Below are positions 62,063 through 64,000 of a DNA stretch of 64,000 bases, one piece after another (the stretch's first letter is position 1; every line of letters starts with the position of its first letter). Below the pieces are notes generated by a model. That model worked only from the letters and a program-made list of their open reading frames with translations. It was not told where the DNA came from and ran no database searches. The position numbers were made by a program, and so were the translations under genes. Origin of the DNA: an uncultured candidate division Zixibacteria bacterium (GTDB lineage Bacteria; Zixibacteria; MSB-5A5; GN15; FEB-12); NCBI GenBank assembly GCA_963664195.1, contig OY760907.1, forward strand, positions 2,368,001-2,432,000, read 5' to 3'.

Positions 62063-64000
62063 AAACACTGCTTATAGTCACAGCGATGTTGCTGCTGTCG
62101 GTGGGCGCAATTGCGCAGGACAGCACCTTTGTTGATTCGTCAGCGATTGACAGCGCCTTGCCGCCGTCTGTCGACGCCATAACTGTTGTTCCGAAGCTGA
62201 CCGATACCAACGTCCCGCAGACACTCGAAGACTCCATGCGGGTTGCTTTCCCCGGGATCGATCCTGACACGTTGACAGAAACTCAACGTTTGGGCGTCGC
62301 GTTTGAAACCCGTCTGCGTCTGCATCGCGAAGACAGACCGGTGGCAGAAGCCGAGTCGCCGTTTTCATACTTCGACAGCCTTGCCGTTTGGTTTGTGCCG
62401 GAGAGATGGAACATGCGGGAGGGGATAGATCGGACTTTCTATCATGACGCCGGACACTATTTCAAACTCAATCCCGGCTTTGTCGTTCGAGAGCACCAGA
62501 CCACCCCCATGCGCACAACCGTGCAACCCTACGGGCTGTCCGGCGACCGTCTGGGTGTGATGATCAACGATAATCAACTCTCGCCGTTTGAGCACATCGT
62601 TGAACCTGACGGTCTGATGGACCTCAATGATATCCCCACCGCGCTCGACCACACCGTTGCCATTCTCCCCGGACCGGCAGGAATGGTGTTCGGCGGGAAG
62701 CATTCTGTTGCCACGTTGCTTACGTTGCCGAAACCTAAAGACTCCTCCCATTCAGAGAGCCGGTTCCTCGTAGACAAAGGCTCTTTCGGGTTTTCCTACG
62801 CCCGCGCCAGATACTCCAAACGCTTCCTCAGCGGCAAAGAAATCGACATGTCTATCGGTTACCGCAATGCCGACGGGCCGGTCTACGGTCGCGATGACTT
62901 TGCCTACCACTACACAGGGGATTTCTATCTGCCCTGGGGGGACCACAAGGCGATTCGCGCCACCGGTTGCCTGTACGATCGCGAGGGGACATTCCTCGTC
63001 AGACCGGACGCTTACGGTGGGCGGATACACCGCGACCGGTTCGACCGCCTAGCCAAAGTCTCCTTTGTCAAACACAACGAGGACTACACGGGCCGACGGG
63101 AGCTTGGCTACAAGCACGTCCGGCAGGCGTCGAGCCTGGACGATGCCTATGTTGCACGATTGAATGTCACTGTCAACGGCCTGTTCGCCTCAAGCGAGTG
63201 GATTGCCGAGCGAACCATTGTGCAGGCCAAACTGGCCCTCGACCACAACGAATACGACGACTGGTGGGACATTCACAATCGATATGAAGCGCTGGCGTCG
63301 TTCTCACTGGCACGGATGAGCGAACCCTACCGTCTCGCACTGAATGTCAACGGGCAGTACGTCGAGAGCCAGAAGTTCCTGCCGTCGGTCTCGGCCATGG
63401 TGCAGCGCGAGTCCGAGAAGATGCTGTTTGTTCTGTCTGCCGGTTACAGCGAACGCGCGCCAAGCCTCCACGAGATGTACCTTCGTTACCAGAAGACCGA
63501 GATGTACGGTTCCTACAACGATTACGCCGACCACGGCAATGCCGAGTTGAAACCGGAGCGACAACTGATCGGCTCGACCGAGTTTGAACTGGGGTCACGG
63601 ACGACCAATGTCGGGCTGGAAATCACCGGCGGCAAGATATTCGACGGTATCGATTGGAACCCGGAATACGACGGCAACACGACGGTCTTTTCACCTAAAA
63701 ACGGCGATGTTGATTTTGCCAATTTCACGCTCGACGGCTCCTTTGGCCTCTCCGACTACCTGAGACTGAAGGCAGGCGGCAGCTACCATTACGTGGAGTA
63801 CGCATTGTACGACGACAAACCGTATACGCCGGCGTTCCAGACATTTTCAGGTGTGGAGTTTCACGTGTACTGGCCCCAGAAGCTGCTTGATTTCTGGGCT
63901 TATGCCGAGATGGTGTACACGAGTGAATACGACGGCTACGAGCAGCCAGGTCTTGGCAACGATCCGGTATTCAACGTGAAGATGTCGTTCAAAATGGGCA
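62059..64000 (+). CDS. Partial divergent TonB-dependent receptor-like outer-membrane protein (runs off the window; missed by the ORF track)
   Basis: GTG overlaps the upstream TGA; MKTLLIVTAMLLLSVGAIAQ signal; plug-like DLNDIP...ILPGPAGMVFGG; R.P.L.E.Y...GNAELKPE barrel motif; frame reads open at the window end. Confidence 0.75.
   Translation, partial: MKTLLIVTAMLLLSVGAIAQDSTFVDSSAIDSALPPSVDAITVVPKLTDTNVPQTLEDSMRVAFPGIDPDTLTETQRLGVAFETRLRLHREDRPVAEAESPFSYFDSLAVWFVPERWNMREGIDRTFYHDAGHYFKLNPGFVVREHQTTPMRTTVQPYGLSGDRLGVMINDNQLSPFEHIVEPDGLMDLNDIPTALDHTVAILPGPAGMVFGGKHSVATLLTLPKPKDSSHSESRFLVDKGSFGFSYARARYSKRFLSGKEIDMSIGYRNADGPVYGRDDFAYHYTGDFYLPWGDHKAIRATGCLYDREGTFLVRPDAYGGRIHRDRFDRLAKVSFVKHNEDYTGRRELGYKHVRQASSLDDAYVARLNVTVNGLFASSEWIAERTIVQAKLALDHNEYDDWWDIHNRYEALASFSLARMSEPYRLALNVNGQYVESQKFLPSVSAMVQRESEKMLFVLSAGYSERAPSLHEMYLRYQKTEMYGSYNDYADHGNAELKPERQLIGSTEFELGSRTTNVGLEITGGKIFDGIDWNPEYDGNTTVFSPKNGDVDFANFTLDGSFGLSDYLRLKAGGSYHYVEYALYDDKPYTPAFQTFSGVEFHVYWPQKLLDFWAYAEMVYTSEYDGYEQPGLGNDPVFNVKMSFKMG

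Overview
About 64 kb of gene-dense chromosome from a GC-rich, probably anaerobic diderm bacterium. The PorV gene, T9SS/FlgD-like C-terminal domains and TonB-receptor style suggest an FCB-related lineage such as Zixibacteria (inference only). I saw no rRNA, tRNA, CRISPR array, integrase or transposase. Left to right: (1) an envelope operon with two CsgG/HfaB-TPR proteins, an outer-membrane barrel and a cohesin-LRR lipoprotein; (2) iorAB-buk-ptb-ptb, a 2-oxoacid fermentation operon; (3) a corrinoid methyl-transfer operon (non-pyrrolysine MttB, MetH reactivation domain, corrinoid protein, homocysteine methyltransferase) that looks like a folate-independent methionine synthase; (4) a frameshifted response regulator and an 870-bp control region; (5) a TonB receptor / large CTD protein / PorV triad; (6) an Stn-type (HydABC-like) flavin/Fe-S transhydrogenase operon with a Rex/CRP-like box; (7) a tightly coupled six-gene operon, the best candidate for an undescribed system: POTRA-less Omp85 barrel, exported kinase-like lipoprotein, exported RelA/SpoT-like + H..SGHY protein, NTT-HEAT nucleotide transporter, cNMP-binding protein and PAP2 phosphatase; (8) MacAB-type exporter; (9) complete SUF operon with Rrf2 regulator and candidate operator; (10) a housekeeping run (manC, SPOR, Sua5, YwlE-like phosphatase, DUF3108, DHS-like, FTCD, PHP, metalloprotease, ECF S component, partial TonB receptor). 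All calls are by-eye motif recognition; no database searches were run.
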